From positions 124,001 to 188,000 of the IMG/VR virus record IMGVR_UViG_3300036770_006296: a stretch of DNA of 64,000 nucleotides. One strand, given 5' to 3'. Position 1 is the first letter of the stretch. Every line of letters starts with the position of its first letter. Positions 63,084 to 64,000 of this stretch are shown here, one piece after another. The translations under genes and the position numbers were made by a program. The notes below the pieces were generated by a model. That model was not told where the DNA came from. It saw only the letters and a program-made list of their open reading frames with translations, and did no database searches.

Positions 63084-64000
63084 AGATTATCAGGATCTAC
63101 TAAGAGACATAATTAGTAGTGGAGTTGTAAAACAGGATCGTACCGGCACTGGAACATTATCTGTTTTTGGTAGACAAATAAGACATAAAATGTCAGACGG
63201 ATTTCCGTTACTCACCACAAAGAAAATGTATTGGAAGGGAATTGTAACCGAACTACTATGGTTCTTACGGGGAGATACGAACATTAAGTTTCTAGTTGAC
63301 AATGACTGTCATATTTGGAATGGTGATGCGTATAAAAGATTTACGTACTATACGGACGAGGAAACCTCAATGGAAAGATTTATAGAACTTATTAAAACAG
63401 ATGATGAGTTTGCTAAGAAGTGGGGTGATTTAGGCCCCGTGTATGGTAAGCAATGGAGAGATTGGGGTGGTAAAGAAATAAAGGTAATAGATGGAAAAGT
63501 AATGACAGTAATAAACGATCAAATCCAAAACCTAATCAATGACCTTAAAACAAACCCAGACTCAAGACGATTAATGGTTTCAGCTTGGAATGTAGGTGAA
63601 TTAGACCAAATGGTTCTTCCACCTTGTCATTATGGATTTCAAGTTTACACAAGAGATTTAACTTTAGAAGAAAGAAGAAAACTCGTTAGCCCTGATATGT
63701 TTAATCAGATTTATAACGGAGGCGGACCTGAATCGTTATCTAATTCTGAAATAAATCAATGGAATGTTCCAACTAAAGCGATATCTCTGATGTGGAACCA
63801 GCGTTCTGTTGACGTTTTTTTAGGACTTCCTTTTAATATAGCTTCCTATGGATTACTTCTGGAAATCATTGCTAAGGAGGTTAATATGATTCCTGATGAG
63901 TTGATTGGTAACTTAGGTGATACGCATTTGTATTTTAATCACATTGATCAGGCGAAAGAGCAGATCGGTAAAAAATACACACCACAGGAAAGAGAATCAA
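63067..64000 (+). CDS. thyA: Thymidylate synthase (3' truncated by window edge; absent from ORF track)
   Basis: Hand-translated open frame: DRTGTGT, FPLLTTKK, ELLWFL, LGPVYGKQW, LPPCH, QRSVD, GLPFNIASY, GDTHLY. Confidence 0.95.
   Translation, partial: MNNLDKDYQDLLRDIISSGVVKQDRTGTGTLSVFGRQIRHKMSDGFPLLTTKKMYWKGIVTELLWFLRGDTNIKFLVDNDCHIWNGDAYKRFTYYTDEETSMERFIELIKTDDEFAKKWGDLGPVYGKQWRDWGGKEIKVIDGKVMTVINDQIQNLINDLKTNPDSRRLMVSAWNVGELDQMVLPPCHYGFQVYTRDLTLEERRKLVSPDMFNQIYNGGGPESLSNSEINQWNVPTKAISLMWNQRSVDVFLGLPFNIASYGLLLEIIAKEVNMIPDELIGNLGDTHLYFNHIDQAKEQIGKKYTPQERES

Noticed and set aside
1926-63302. Many 60-120 aa antisense or overlapping ORFs in the track (e.g. 1926-2147, 3581-3787, 18212-18529, 45508-45873, 63090-63302)
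   Set aside because: They lie opposite well-supported genes, are Ser/Leu/Phe-rich shadows of the coding strand and have no motifs.
1-64000. Stop-codon reassignment (TAG or TGA readthrough)
   Set aside because: Conserved genes (sigma factors, ClpP, helicase, DHS, ThyA) are uninterrupted in code 11 and TAG occurs at natural ends.
1-64000. CRISPR array, rRNA, integrase or transposase
   Set aside because: No regularly spaced repeats or recognisable motifs; the only long exact repeat has two copies.

Overview
AT-rich, gene-dense segment of a large (jumbo/huge, probably T4-like) dsDNA phage, standard genetic code. The host is most likely Bacteroidota, inferred from a Bacteroidota-type primary sigma factor and TAnnTTTG-like promoters. 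No capsid, tail, rRNA or CRISPR loci are visible. Recognisable genes: tmRNA (unusually long 31-aa tag), two sigma-70 factors, ClpP, Dda/RecD-like helicase, AAA+ ATPase, ThyA (partial), SpeD-like decarboxylase, deoxyhypusine-synthase-like enzyme, NADAR, GGCT, GNAT, PAP2 phosphatase, two metallophosphoesterases, several peptidoglycan enzymes, a GIY-YIG homing endonuclease, and a complete two-component cluster (2 histidine kinases plus a receiver). The main unexplained structure is a layered addressing system. About 30 unrelated ORFs begin with an M-[KR]-[HY]-[IL]-K-x-F-E-x-F...[ILV]-N-E peptide resembling the T4 capsid-targeting sequence, and many sit just behind a (G)GATATATA motif. Four of them share a further QLF.D...KL.G module joined by a Ser/Gly linker to different C-terminal domains. 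Five ORFs carry a KG[AG]x[ML][ML]xRFG motif, four of them at the C-terminus. A second promoter class with a fixed 30-nt spacing precedes nine untagged gene blocks. A tRNA-like RNA with a rebuilt anticodon region, a 78-bp direct repeat flanking one gene, and a three-hairpin intergenic element are also present. All family calls come from motif recognition by eye; no database searches were run.
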